Shown: positions 1-13,745 of the stretch, one piece after another
Layout: every line of letters starts with the position of its first letter
How positions within the stretch are numbered: position 1 is the first letter of the stretch
Source of the DNA: Saccostrea echinata
Lineage: Eukaryota
Assembly: GCF_033153115.1 (NCBI RefSeq)
Contig: NW_026889782.1
Span: 26,722,001-26,786,000 of the forward strand
Reading direction: 5' to 3'
DNA length: 64,000 nt
Translations under genes and position numbers: made by a program
The notes under the pieces: model-generated
What the model was told of the DNA's origin: nothing
What the model saw: the letters and a program-made list of their open reading frames with translations, nothing else
Databases searched by the model: none

Positions 1-244
1 GCAAAATTCTCGAGAGGGACGTCAGACAACAAACTAACAATCAATCTATCAAAAGGTATGGGTATTCAAAACTTAATATTTTCATGTACGCAATAATACA
101 AGTTCAATCAGAGATTTTAAGACAAAGAAAGTACCTTTTAATTCTAACTAACGATTTACAAGAATTCCTGACTCTTTGCGTCTTAGACCCTTTCGTTTGA
201 TTTCTTAAAATAAGGCAAACTTTGATGAATTGTACTTGCAATTC

Positions 245-385
245 AAACAGGCCGGAGCAGGTGTTTGTGTAACTTGCCTTTCGAGAATTTTTCACTCATA
301 TTAAGATGCCACAACTTGCCGGTGGAGGGCTACAAATTTAGACCTATACTCGGCAGCCACTCAAGGCCATGGAGCAATGAGGGAT
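245..385 (-). mobile_element. SINE 3' fragment; another + strand tail at 1-48
   Basis: Reverse complement resembles the 3' part of the SINE at 14140 (gagtg..gccgagta.aggtc.aaatttg.agccct.caccgg...aaaaattctcgaa). Confidence 0.65.
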
Positions 386-3300
386 ATTTTTCGTTCAAAA
401 GTAGAATTTTGTTTGTATTAAGACCTAACATTGTAACAGATGATTAAAAATGCGAAGGTTTGTCAATCTCCTGTTCAAACCAAATTCCTTGACAAACGCG
501 TATTCATCGTTAGTAATATTGACATTTGAAAGAATCTGCACACGGGGCAAGGACACCAGGTTTCACCGTCGATTAAATTCAAAGTACAGTCCTTGCATGC
601 TGGGCGCTGGCGACACTGTCCGCAAATATAAATACTTAGACATTTTCATCCAAGCACACAGGACATCTGTATAAAAAAAAGAGTTCTCAACTCGTAGACC
701 CCAACTTCTTTACATGGCCTCTAACCTCTCTTCGTTCTCGCTCAGCCTTCTTCTAAAAGCCTCTCTATCTCTAATGATGATGTTGAATAGAGGAAAAGTT
801 ACAGAACCCGATTGATATTACAAGAATTGAACAATGTATTGTAGACTCATTAGTGACACCAATAGTTTCTTGTTTTTTTTTTTCAACTTTAACTGAACCA
901 GAATTGATTTTGTTCTTTCTTTAAAATTGTAACTTGAAAAAAAGGTTACAACATGTGCATAATAAATATTTAATTAAAAATTACTTGTCTTTATATATAA
1001 ACAAAGGTTTTCCTTAAGGAAAAGGAAAGTGAATGAATATTTTAATATGGTCGTAGAGTCCCAGAGCATTAAAGTTTCCGCAAATTCTTCTAGGTTCTAA
1101 TTCCTTCTTTAAATCTCCTAATTCCTCTCCAACTTCGCAACTCATTCCTCCAAGTTGCATTGTTCAATGGTCCTTTGGGTGGTTGGGGTGGAGGTGGTGG
1201 CTCCACTCGATTCGCAAGACCCGAGAATCTACACACGGCCCAAGGAAGCCAGTTTTCCCCGTTAGTTAAATTTAGGGATCAGTCCCTGCATGCTGAACGC
1301 TGACAACACTGTCCACAAATATATATATATATAGCACACAGGGCATCTGTTTTAAAAAGGACGCTCTTAGTTCTTACGCCCCAACTTGGTACAATCTCAG
1401 TTCAAGGCGGGAGGGTCATAACCGGTGCGGGTAGTGATAAGTCTTGGTATATGGGAATCGCTGGGGACTCGTATACCCTTCTTACCGTCGTCCAGTTGTC
1501 TCTATCGCCTACTTCGGTGACTATCACGAGTCTTTGTCTCCAGAGGAGATAAACTTCGACTCCCGGGGATTCTGTGCATTGCCTCTAGCCTCTTTTCGTT
1601 CTCCCAACTCGGAACAATCTCCGTTCCAGGTGGGAGGATCACGACTGGTGTGGGTGGCGACAAGTCTTCTTCATGCATCGGGATTGTTGGGGACTCGTAC
1701 ACCCTCTCTCTTCTTACGGTAGCCCAGAGGTCTCCGTCACCTATCTCGCTGACGACAACGAGACTTTGTCTCCATAACAGATTAGCTCCCGGGTTTCTAC
1801 ACATTGCCTCTAATCTATCTTTATTTTCCCTTAACCATCTTCTAAATATCCTTCTCTATCTCCCATGTTGTTGCATAAAGGAATAGTTGCAGAACTCGAT
1901 TTATATTACAAGGGCGGAACAAATCGCTTTACAAGCAGAAACAATCAAAATGATGTAAATCGAAACCCATTGACTCATTTGTGTGTCAAAGTTGATGCTT
2001 AAGAAGTAATCATAATCCTTTAAGAATCCCTCTTTAAGGATCAGCATATTTCCTCCTGATAAATAGCGATTCGTAAATTGGTTATCAAATACGGTTTCCA
2101 TTTCGTGACGTGTCGTTGACATAAAATGAAATCTGAAATGTTTAACTGTCTCATGTGCAAGTATGGACACATAAATAGGTCTCTGAAGTACTTCTTGAAA
2201 GTGATGAGGATGGAAGTAACTAATACGAGTTCGAATTCGAAATTTAAAGGAAAAGCTTTGTTTTGACGATCGTAAATTTCATTTGATGCTTGCATGATTT
2301 CTGAGGCTGAAAATCACAACTTTTAATGAAATACCAGCAGGAATCATCAAAGGAGGTGAAATGTGTTATGACAATACTTAAAATGAATTCCATTATTTAT
2401 ACATATAGAAATTTTATATTTTAACTCTGTTTTTTAAACATCTTTGCATCAAGTAGTCATTTAAAAAAATTATCTTAATCATACCAAGATCCAGTGTTTC
2501 TATTACAATAGTCCTAGTGTAAACAGTGTTTGTATCTGTAAGTTAACACACAAAAAAGATAAATCTTAAATTATCTTATTTCTTTCCATTGACATAAAAT
2601 ATACAAGAAAAATCTTTTTCTTTTAATTCGTGCATTTTAATTCTAATAACCTCGCAAATCTTGTTGCCCAGGATGACTAAGGTTCTGGTGCTAGTCAGAA
2701 AATGTTTACAAAGGGAAAAACATCTTGACCTTTGCAACGTTATCCTTTTTTACAACCCTGTGGATCTAAACACAAGACAAAAGTAGCCCAGTCAATAGAT
2801 ATAAATGTTAAAAACACTAATAAAGCAAAAATGTGGTGCATAAAAGGGCCATAAAGCAAGGAAAATGGTATCCTAAGTTTGCGAGTTGATGCACCACCTA
2901 AATATATTTACTGTGACAGAAGGCTCTTGCTTCGATGCTGGAGGAGTTAATGGGATGTGCAGCTCCCCACCCCCTCTTTCGAGAACTGTATTCTTCTTAC
3001 CCGCCGAAACCTAGGTCCTCGGGGTGTGGAGTTGATTATATTAACCGGTGGGTCCAACCACATGCCACTGGTCTAAAAATGAATATATATATATATATAT
3101 ATATAGATAGATAGATAGATAGATATTTAAAATTATGAAATGCATTTACTTTTTTAAATTGCACTGAGTACTAGAAATGAATGCATCAGTTTTCTTAAAA
3201 ATTCTCCTAGGCTCCAACTCTTTCCTCAACTCCCCGAGTTCGGTTTGTTACTTGGCATTCCTCTCTTCTAAGTCGCTTTGTTCAATAATCTTAAAAGCAG

Positions 3301-3639
3301 TGATAATATCATAAGGATATGTGTGTACCATGTCTCGGAAATGATGAGCTTACAGCACTGAACGGGAGGGAATGTTCGTAAACTAGTAATGAAAATCTAA
3401 ACTTTTATTTATAAAAGATGTTAAGAACTGTAAAAAAAAACAAAATCTAGGATGCTCCCAGCAACTCTCGTCCTGTTTACAGAAAACGATTAAAAGCAAT
3501 GTTGCCTAAAGAAATATTCAAGAAAAGCATACATAGATGGTGAAATAAGTTTGAAAGTAAGTAAATACTTTCTCCACAATAAATATATTTAAATCAAATC
3601 TATTGGTTGATGTAGAATTTACATTAACTTACTTTCCAA

Positions 3640-3755
3640 GAACCAAAGGTATGTCTTCTTCTAATCTTCTGGAATACAGAACCAAAGGTATGTCTTCTTA
3701 ATCATCCGGAATTCAGAACCAAAGGTATTCCTTTTTCTAATCTTCCGGAATACAG
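3640..3755. repeat. ~38-bp tandem repeat, 3 copies
   Basis: agaaccaaaggtatgtcttcttctaatcttc(c/t)ggaatac, repeated with small indels. Confidence 0.8.
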
Positions 3756-4429
3756 GACCTTTTGGTGTTGACGCCATCAACACGCGAGACTATAACCATA
3801 TGCCACTTTTTTTTTTGTGAACTTTAAAGATAAAACAAAGTAGTTGTATACAATTAAACTTATTGTAAGATTTATTATCTACATATTAAAGAAAGAATAT
3901 TCGTTTGTTTAAATTCAATGCAATATGAGCAGTGCATTTTTTTTCCTAAAAAATGTGTCGCAAGTATTATGGAGGATTTTTTTTTTAAACAGTTACAGAT
4001 TTGGTCAGGTAATAGCTTCGTATCGTATTTTTCTAACAATTTAAATCGCATATTTTTTTTTTCAAATCGCTTTTTTTTAAATCGTAAATAATTTCGTAGT
4101 CGCCCCATTCCAAACTATAAGTATGAACTATCAAACATTTAGAAGTGTATGATGCAAATTTAAAATAATCCAAAGACGTTAAAACTGTTTATGTTCATGT
4201 GTACGTAAATCCCAGACACATGCATCAAAGTTTTCGTAAAATTCTCATAGGCTCCAACTCTCTCCTTAACTCCCTCAGTTCGGTTTTTAACTGCGCAACC
4301 CTCTCTTCAAAGTTGCTTTATTCAGCAATCAGCAAAATACATGCAAGGAATATTGAAATAATTTGTTCGTAGATCACACAGAGTACATTAAAGTTTTTGC
4401 AAAATTCTTCTAGGCTCCAACTCTTGTGT

Positions 4430-4650
4430 TAAAGCAGGGCTCTAATGATCATATAATGAAAATGCATTAATTCTTTGAAAATCTTCTCCTCAGCTCCTGG
4501 GTACTAAACCAATGAACCATGTACATAGTTATGATAAGGAAGGATGCCTCTTTCAAAATTGTGAATTTCATGGCCTCTGGTTTAAAACACGAACCAAATT
4601 CAATTGTTGTATGATACTCAGGTGAACTATAAGTCCCGTGGGCCTCTTGT
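4430..4650 (+). mobile_element. Helentron-like element fragment
   Basis: One satellite unit followed by the 3' end tactcaggtga...gggcctcttgtt, as at 40170-40209. Confidence 0.7.
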
Positions 4651-5687
4651 TTTTCTTCGTTAGGGAGAATAAAAACTATATTTACCGTGTCTGCAGGCTC
4701 AATTTCCTGTTCAAACGCTGGTTGGGTTACAGGTGTGTGGACACCGCCGCCTTCCTCCTCAGAGAACTGTATCCTCCCTCTCACCTATACAAAATGTATA
4801 TGTACATTTTATTAGTTAATTTTCATACATGTTACATTTTCTCAGTCATAAACATTCGTTTTTTAATCGATACATTCTAAATTTTTATTTGATCGTAGAA
4901 TTGAGAAATCATCCATTAATATTTCATTTACAAGAGAAAAAAAATACATCCCCGCCTAAACCTTGGCCCAATGGTGTCGAATTGATTATAATGACTCTCG
5001 AGTTCAACCACATGTCGCTTAGTCTGAAAATAATTTTTTAAATATATATACATATATATAAGAAATGCATTTCCTTTCATAGAATTTGCTGATATAGCAT
5101 CCCCCCTTTCGCTTCACATTCAACATAACAGTCACATTGAATATTAAGGTAACTCAACATTTTTCTTTTTTGTTCAAATTACTACAAATGTTTATCTTTT
5201 GAAAAAAGACCCCAATAGTACCATTCTTCTACACTACTGATTTTCTTTCCAGTTGCAACAAATGTTTATCTTTTGAAAGAAAGACGCCAATACAACCATT
5301 CTTCTATACAATTATCAAATATTTTCAAAATAATACGTACATTTCTGCTGGCCATTTTCTCGAAATAGGTTCGATAGATGTACTAGTTGAGAAGTGATGT
5401 TTAGTCGCTGCATGCGATTTTGCAAACGTTTTAAATGAATTCGTCTCGATACGTAAATGGGGCGTTCAAATACCTCTTGGTTTTGATAAAGTTTAAGGTA
5501 CCTATATTCACCTGTTTTGGTGTTTTTCAATATTAACCCAAATTCTAAATTTAAACGGAAGGCTTCATCTTGTCGATCATAAGTTTCGTCTCCTGCTTGC
5601 ATGACTTCGGAAACAGTGAATTGATTACTAATCGGAAAGTAGTATACGCTACAAACATTTCCTTCCTGGTGTTTTCTCAATATTAAC

Positions 5688-5902
5688 CGGGTCCTTCGGA
5701 TGAGACCCTAATTAAAAACCAAGGCCCCGTGTCACAGTGGGCGTTGGCACGATAAAGATCCTTCACTGCTCAAAGGCCCTGAGTGCCGAGTAAAGGTCAA
5801 AATTTGAAGCCCTTCACCGGTTTATGGTGATGTCTCTATATGAATACAAAATTCTCGAAATGGACGTAAAACAACATACAACATGCAAATCAATCAATCT
5901 TT
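5688..5902 (+). mobile_element. 5'-truncated SINE in a pPolB remnant
   Basis: Matches the 14140 SINE body. TSD AATATTAAC at 5679-5687 and 5903-5911. Confidence 0.85.
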
Positions 5903-7985
5903 AATATTAACGAGGCATTCCACTCGTAGACCTGCTTTAATCTTTCATCAATTCCATCACTTTCTACTTATCGTGGGGACTCATTCCAACACGGCCTATG
6001 TTGTAATTGACCAGCGCCTACTAGGGAATGTATATATTCATCTGATGAATATACAATGTTCGTCAACATTAAAATCTTTGATGGTAAACAAATGTTTGTA
6101 CTGTGACTACTCCTATAAGTTTTCATATAATCGCAGACTGCATGTCTACAAGGAGCATGGGGATATATTATTTAAATGTGAAATTTGCAGCAAAGAATAC
6201 TTTGATCAGAGAAATTGTAAACGACACTAGCAGACATGCAAAGTACGGTACTATTTTGTTTTTGATCTTTATGAGAGTAAAAAATATATGTACAATGTCT
6301 GCAGGCTCCTGAACCGACGCTTGTGGAGTTAAGGGGGTATTCACCTCCCCACCTCACTCTTCCGAGAATTGTATTTTCACCTTTGCAAAATGTATACATA
6401 CATTTTATTAGTTAATTTTCATGTGTAACATTTTCTCAGTCATTAACTTTTGTTGTTTAATCGACATTTTATAAACGTGCTTGTTATTTGCTTTTAGAAG
6501 TGAGAAACCATGCATTTATACTCATTTACAAGAGAAGAAAAATAAATACCCGCCTAAATCTAGGTTCCCTGAGTGTGGAGTCTACAACAATAACCCGTGG
6601 GTCCAACCACTTCTTGTTGGTCTGAAAAGGAAATAAAATAACTTTTTACATAAACATAAATAATAAAATAATTTACTTATTTTTAAACCTCTGATATAGT
6701 ACAATCCTTCAATTGACATTGGTTTCAAAACATTTTTCGAAATGACAAACGATTACATCTTGTGTTTATTTATTGATTTATTGTATGTTGTTTTACATCC
6801 TCAGGGGCGTAGCTTGACTTAAAATTCCAGTAAGGCAAAACTATTGCGGAGGGGGGTCTGGCAGCAGGTCCATGGCGGAGTTCTTGGGGAGGGGGTCATG
6901 GGGCGAATTTCGAGGTTTTAGAATGTAAAAAATCATGCATATGATGCTACATATTTCAAAAGTATTTAACCGAGAAAATAGAATTTTTAATTCAAACTTC
7001 TAACACATATAACATACCAATTGTTTTCAGATATATACAACACCTTTTATTAAAAAAAACTACATATAAATAAATAAAAATTGTCATATAATTCCACTCC
7101 CCCCGAAGTTGTTAACGTAATGAGTCTGGAGAGAAAACTATAAAGGAAATCATCAATATTCTTATAATGATTAAAATCTAAATAGTTTTGTTTTGTAACC
7201 TTAATTGTTATTGTGTAAATTAATGGTGAAATTAAAAACTCAATTTACATCTGAATTTTTTTTCTTTAACATTTTCTCTATTAACAATGTCATAATTTAC
7301 GAAGAATTCTCCTCGGCTTCATTTCCTCTCTTCTTTTGTCTTGTTGACAAAGAATGTTTGATAGCTTTTCCTGAATTGCATTTAATTGAGAGTGGAAGGA
7401 TTGAAAAAGAAAGAATTCTAATAGCACCAGAGTTGTCCCAAAAAAAAAACACGAACATTTTGAATATTTCAATAACTATTCGACCAAAATAAATATTTTT
7501 GGCACCTTATTGGGAAATGAAATTTTTGCTATTTTGACAAAATATTATAAAATTGTAATGTCAGATGCATGCAAAAGTAGCTTTTAAAGGGTGTCAAATG
7601 TCGGTGCTCGGCTTACGGCAATTTTTTGAGTTTTAGAAATAGCATTTCGGGGAAGTTTTCTTTATTACCAGGCTTAATATACTGCGACAAAAAATTATCT
7701 CTATAAAAACTCTATGATCTGAAGTACTCATGTGTAAAAATTCATTAATTAAGCATCACAAATGACAAAAGTATGACGTTTAATGCAAAAAAAAAAACTT
7801 TACGTAGATATTGATTAATCGAAATTTAAATTTAAAAAGAACAACCAAAACATTTCTAATAAATTGTTAGTGTAAAAATAAAGCGATATCATGTCATTAT
7901 GTTTCTCATTTCGTTTGTAATAGAGATATCTTTTCTAAGAATTTGATGGTTCTAAAAGGGACCGTTTGTTTGTGGGTTTTATTTT

Positions 7986-8550
7986 TCATCTATACTGACG
8001 AAGAATTTGCAGGAGCAACATCCCTCTGCCTATTCCACTGGCTGGTTGGGGTGGTTCGCGGACTGGATCTTCTCTACTTGTTAGCCCCGAGAAGCGACAC
8101 ACGGGCCAGTTCTCCCCATTCATCAAATTTAAGGTGCAGTTCCTACATGCCGGACGATGACCACACTGACCGCAAATATATATACTAATCCGCTCTTCCT
8201 CCAAACACACGGAGCATCTATTTAAAATTATTGTTGTAGCTCTTATGCCCCAACTCGGAACATTTCCTTTCCAGGTGTGAGGGTCACGACTTTTGTGGGT
8301 GGCGACAAGTCTTGATGCATCGGGATTGTTGGGGACTCGGACACCCTCTCTCTTCTTACGGTAGCCCAGAGGTCTCCGTCACCTATCTCGCTGACGACAA
8401 CGAGACTGTCTCCATAACAGATTAGCTCGCGGGTTTCTATACATCACCTCTAATCTATCTTCATTTTCCCTTAACCATCTTTTAAATCCTTCTCCTTCTC
8501 CCATCTTGTTCAATAAAGGAATACTAGTTACAGAACCCGACTTATATTAC
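7986..8550 (-). pseudogene. RING-HC finger gene remnant
   Basis: CSVC-x10-CGQCGHRPACRNC-..-(C)PVCR. Paralogous to 16798-17430. Confidence 0.7.
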
Positions 8551-9080
8551 AAGATTTTAATATTCAACGGACCGAGATATAAATATGTGGATTCAAGAAT
8601 CCAGTCAGAGACGTCTAGTTTATGTGGACACTACTGTAACTATTTCATATTACAAAGAATTAAAGGACGTTCCCTGAATAAATTTGTGTATGAAATATAG
8701 ACTGTATAGACTCTTTAGTAATACCAATAGTTTATTGTACATTTTGTTTTGAACTTTAACCGAACCAGAATTGATGTTGAAAATTGTAACAAAAGAAAAG
8801 ATTTTTTACATGTAAAGAATAAATTTTTAATTTAAAAAAATATTTGCTTTATTGCACAAGGAAAAAGGAGAGTGGCCATGATGATTCGTAAATTTAATCT
8901 TAAAGTTTTCTCAGAATCCTTCTGGGTGCCAGTTCTTGTTTTAGGTTCTCCAACTCCCTCTCTAAGTTGGAGACCCTTTGTTCCAAGTCTTGCTCCATAG
9001 TCTGCACAGTCTGAAAAGTTTAATACACGCAAATTTACTAATAGTAAAATGTGGGGAGATGTATGGATAACTTATATGAC

Positions 9081-9200
9081 AGTAGTATAGAGTGGGGCTC
9101 TTCGTGCTACTTTGAGGCGCCAACGAATTTGAGGTGCTGACGATAGATCACGGAAGTGTATTATACCAAGAGAACAAGTTCAGGAAGTCAAAATCGGATA
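9081..9200 (+). repeat. Left terminus (TIR start) of A
   Basis: AGTAGTATAGAG..ACTTTGAGG..TTGAGG..TGACG..GGAAG, colinear with C's TIR. True length unknown because the partner TIR is not in the window. Confidence 0.75.
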
Positions 9201-9531
9201 TGAATAGATCAATAACACGACTGTTTTAATCCTTTAACAACTTAATCCGTTGATCAATACATAAATATTAACATATTAAACTAATTTGACAACTAATAAT
9301 TTTGATAAAGGTCATTTCGATGAATAATTTAAATCATAAGCTGTGGGGTTATAAGAACAAATTTAATGAAATGTGTCCATATGTATTTCCCGAGAATATG
9401 TATGAAGTGTAGGGAAAGTAAATGTTTTTTAATATATGTTTAAATTAATGTATCAATACAGAATACATGAATCGGAAAGGATTTATGAGTAGTGTATGCA
9501 TTACCATTTCACTCTGATTGTTAGTCATAAG

Positions 9532-10037
9532 ATGAGGTTGTGTATCAAGCAAATCTTAGGTAAAATTTAATCTCGATGTTTTAGTACATCAGTTAAACAA
9601 TGTACGATACGATCCTCGTACTTTTCCAGGTATAATATATCAGAATAGGAAAATTGGTGGTAGCTGTTTAATTTTTTTCTAATGTCAAGATAAACTGTAA
9701 TGGTAGCTGTAGTCATTTCAAAACTGGTCTACAGAGACTGAGACAGTATGCACGCATTTTACAAAGACTGGAATACCCCGTACGTTTGAGCAACGTTCGC
9801 CTCGTCACCGCTTCCGCAGTTCACAAATTATCAGGAGTAATAAATGTGAACTCGTTATCACCTATGTTAAACTTTACTTACGACCCGGAGTTGTTTCCTG
9901 CTGTCATGTTACGCCGACAAGGGATTCATTTTACATGTCACTTACGAGGCACTGTACTCATCATCGGTATCAAAAAGTCTTAGGATCTGGACGAAGTGGT
10001 GTTTCCAACAATTCTGGAAATCGAGATGTGTCTATAA
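9532..10037 (+). pseudogene. TBP-like gene (A), disrupted
   Basis: VRYDPRTFPGIIY and YDPELFPAVMLRR..FTCHLRGTVLIIG give two TBP half-repeats. Frameshifts and a stop at 9981. Confidence 0.8.
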
Positions 10038-10074
10038 GAATACTATTCTTCTTGCATACCTCGATATATTAAAC

Positions 10075-11168
10075 ATGACCTACGAAGAATATTTAAAATC
10101 TATATATCACGACGCCAAACACCCCGGATCTTTCGGGGGTCTGGAAAAGTTATATCGTGCCGTGAGAAGGAAAATATGTATTGTCTCGAGCCAAAATCAA
10201 AAAATGGCTACAAAAACAGGAAACATTTACTTTACATAGACAAATCAATAGAAAATTTAAACGCACGCAGGTGGTTGTTCCCGAGATCGGTTACCAATGG
10301 GATGCGGACACAGCTGTCATGACCTCGTTTCTCAAAGACAATGACAGCTGTGGATACTTTCTTTTCGTTATTGATGTCTTTTCTAAATACGCGTGGGCTG
10401 TACCCTTAAAGTCTACAAAGGGTGTCGAAATGGTACATGCTTTATCCTCTGTTTTTTCAAAATCCTCAAAAATTAAGAACGGATAAGGGTTCCGAGTTCT
10501 ACAATAAACCGGTTCATGACTTTTTAAAAGAGAAACATGTAACTCATTTCTTTTCTAGAAATGAAAAGAAAGCCAATGTTGCAGAGAGGGGTATCAAAAC
10601 CATCAAAGCTCGTTTGAGTCGTTACATGACTCAAAATCAGACTCACCGATGGGTGGACGTGCTACCTAAAATCATTCAAAGTTATAATGCTACCTATCAC
10701 CGCACTATTAAAAGAGCTCCTAACCAAGTCAAAAAGAGTGACGAACCTTATATTTGGATGGATGCTTACGACTCAGTTTCAAAAAACGTAAACCCCAAAC
10801 CAAAGTTAACAAAGACGATTCACTTTAAATTCAAAATTGGTGATTTCGTTCGCATATCTCACATTTGCAAACCTTTTGATCGCGAATACGATGAGCGTTG
10901 GACCGGTGAACATTTTATCGTCAAGTCTCGCTTAATCAAACAGACCATACCTATTTACGAGTTACAGGACATAGACGGAGAAGATGTTGAGGGCACCTTT
11001 TACGAAAGAGAACTACAAAAAGTTACCATAACTGACGACACTATGTATAGAATGGAGAGGGTCATAAGATATAAAGGCAATCAAGTCTTTGTTAAGTGGT
11101 GGGGTTGGCCTGAAAAATTTAACAGTTTCATTCCTAGGTCATCTTTAAAATACTATAAGAAGAGCTGA
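10075..11168 (+). pseudogene. rve-type DDE integrase with C-terminal chromodomain (A), frameshifted
   Basis: QWDAD, VIDVFSKYAW, RTDKGSEF, AERGIKTIK, VKWWGWPEKFNSFIP. Confidence 0.93.
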
Positions 11169-11201
11169 ATCAAGTTCTTTTATGAAGTCAAAAGAAGAAA
11201 T

Positions 11202-11546
11202 ATGGAACAGTCTCGAGTGATGCAAAACGCCGACTTTTTAAGAGAACTCTCGCATGCCCACCATAATCGTCAAGCAGTCTTAATTACAACAGCAAACAGA
11301 CGACAGATATCTGCTATAAGCGATGTCGTTGGACATCTTTTGAATAACGACATTCCCGTCTTATCTCACGACCGCTCTCATTTTCGACACCAACGTCTTG
11401 TAATGAGACATTTAATTAGTGCGCGAATTTCAACTGCACGAAAGAAAGAGATTTTATTAATTCATCGTTCACTCGTTCCAAGACTATTAAGAGATTATTA
11501 TTTAGTGAGAATTCTCATTTTTACCCTCAGAGCGAGAGAAATGTAA
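11202..11546 (+). CDS. Small basic helical Polinton protein (A)
   Basis: Intact 114 aa. Orthologue at 33800; distant paralogue of 15279 and 58489. Confidence 0.75.
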   Translation: MEQSRVMQNADFLRELSHAHHNRQAVLITTANRRQISAISDVVGHLLNNDIPVLSHDRSHFRHQRLVMRHLISARISTARKKEILLIHRSLVPRLLRDYYLVRILIFTLRAREM

Positions 11547-11593
11547 TTTTATAAGAGTGAAATAACAGGACAGATGTTTGATAAGACAGAAAC

Positions 11594-12021
11594 ATGATCG
11601 TGTATTTACTTTTAAACAGCAATGATTCTACAAATTTTCATCCATCCAATTAACCGGATGATTTTATCGTAAGTCTTCCAAAACCATACGTATTAGATGG
11701 TTGTTGGGAGTGTGGACTCTTGGAAATGAACATGCAATTGTCCAACGACATATCTTTGTCTCGGGTGCATGTGTGTTGCGACATAGTAGAGGATAGTTGT
11801 GTCAGAAATAACATGTTACCCATCTTGAGAGCACAAGAGCTAACCCCCAAAGTCTCATTCAGATAACCTATGTCCAGCCATTTTATCTCAGTGTTTCAAA
11901 ACAGGAAATTCGTAGCATAAGAATATTTATGAGAAACGATCAGCTGCAGGCCATACCTTCTAAAATTCAAAGACTTTCCTGTGTCTTGTGTTTGTGCGAG
12001 AAGAAACCATGGGATCAGTAG
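11594..12021 (+). pseudogene. Minor capsid (penton) protein (A), disrupted
   Basis: FHPSN*PDDFIVSLPK..WECGLLE..VCCDIVEDS. Orthologue of 34181. Confidence 0.8.
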
Positions 12022-12386
12022 AGGTATAGGATTTTAAAAAAATGCAGTGGGTACCTTACGTACCCGATTTTAATAAGTGGATACGTCATTTTGAAGATAT
12101 ATCAGCGGGGAGGGTCCGCCCCGATTTTAAAGGTCGATACATAGTAGGGAGCAGATCTCGTCATAGAACCGACTCGCCAACGCGACAGCAAGAACCCAAC
12201 GTGAAACTGGTGACTCCCGTAGCACAGGCCATAGAAATGGCGAAATCGGAATTACAGCGCGAAAACGAGGATGCTTCCATGACTCCTAAATCTATAAGAA
12301 AGACACAAGCATACCACCCGCCTGGCAAACGCGACCATGAACCTAAGTCCAAGAAACCTAAATACAATACACAATTCGACGATTAG
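12009..12386 (+). CDS. Putative basic core/cement protein (A), 5' frameshift
   Basis: WVPYVPD..KLVTPVAQAIEMAKSEL conserved in A, B and C, always between penton and major capsid genes. Confidence 0.7.
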
Positions 12387-12388
12387 CC

Positions 12389-13745
12389 ATGGATGAAAAT
12401 CATTTGAATCAACTCTCCCTTTTTGAATCCCCTCCCACCGACACGACCATTCAAACGAGAGAATGGGTGGAGTTTAGACCTATCAATCAAATATCAGAGT
12501 ACTCTGCTTTGGAATTTAACATACCATCGCTGTCTACGGGTTACATGGATCTTAAAAATAGTCGACTAAAAGTCAAATTGATAATACTGAATCCCGTGAA
12601 CAATCCCATCACAAAAGAGGATGCTGTGGGTTTGACGAATCTACCTTGCTCAGGTAGACACCAGTCTCCAGCAAACCCCTGTATCTCAATTGGACACAGA
12701 TTATCCCTACAAGGCCTACATCGACACCCTATTGACTACCTCCGCCTATAACTACGGAGTGCGATATTCTCAACTTTTCATTAAGAACTCCAACAATCCC
12801 GACGATGCCGATCCTATCAAGGGCCTGAATTCAGGATTGTACCTACGATGTTTATTTACTAAAGAAGGCCAAATACTAGATTTGGAAGGCCCCCTGCAGA
12901 TTGATCTCTTCCAACAGGAACGTTTAATTTTAAATGGAGTATCACTTTCGCTAAAATTATGGCCCAGTAAAGATGCCTTTAAACTGATGCCAGTGTCTGG
13001 TTTAGATTGCAAAGTTCAGATTGTCGATGCTAGTTTTAAGCTATGTATCCAAAGACCGAATCCTGCTCTGACCATGGCTCATGTCAAAATGCTAGAAAAA
13101 TCTCCTGCCGTGTATCCTTACCTGTTTTCTAATCTAAAAATAGCCTCCATTGCCAAGGGAGAGTTCAGTTTTACCATGGACGACGTGTTTCAAGGGGAAG
13201 TTCCCTCAACGCTCATTCTGGGACTGGTATCTTAGCATTGCTTTTAGTGGAGATTATAAGAAGTCACCCTTTAACTTTCAACATTTTGATTGTAATTTTG
13301 TAGCTTTTGTGGACGGACAGTCCTTTCCCGCCAAACCATAATAGCGATACTTACCTAGATGCTTACCACACACTTGTATCTGGGAGAGAACAAGTCGATG
13401 TAGACCGTGAGGAGTACCGAAAAGGCAATGCCCTGTACGTATTGGACATCAATCCTTATATCGTTTTCAACACCAAAAGAAAAGGTCACTGTCGCCTACA
13501 ACTCAAATTCGCTATACCCTTACCGGAGAGTGCCACCTTAATTTTGTACGGAAAGTTTCCACAAGTGCTCCACATTGACTAGTCCGAAATATCTGACGTT
13601 TTCCTGGCTTTTTTCATGATTTGATATTTTACGTGCCATGCAGGTTTTCCTGGCACGTAAAATATCAAATCATGAAAAAAGCCAGGAAAACGTCAGATAT
13701 TTCGGACTACACATTGACCAGTCTAGAAGCATTATATTCAAATGA
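12389..13745 (+). pseudogene. Major capsid protein (A), frameshifted, with MITE near 3' end
   Basis: LEFNIP..YMDLKNSRLKV, YPYKAYIDTLL, FQGEVP, SPFNFQHF. Confidence 0.9.
13580..13709. mobile_element. 130-bp hairpin MITE
   Basis: Perfect 59-bp arms (13580-13638, 13651-13709). 9-bp TSD CACATTGAC. Removal restores HIDQSRSIIFK*. Confidence 0.92.

Larger units (their letters stand above)
1..9080. mobile_element. Scrambled remnants of A/C-family Polintons
   Basis: pPolB N-terminal pieces (~2050-2310, ~5400-6030: YDRQ..AFRLNLEFG), RING pieces (~530-830, 1180-1900, 7990-8550), adenain piece (~8555-8700), zinc-finger piece (~6085-6250) and orphan exons. All match genes in A or C. Confidence 0.8.

Noticed and set aside
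9075-9080. Sequence-specific target site (TATGAC versus GATGAC)
   Set aside because: The other two candidate TSDs (AGTACA, GATATG) do not fit, and only one TSD is confirmed on both sides.
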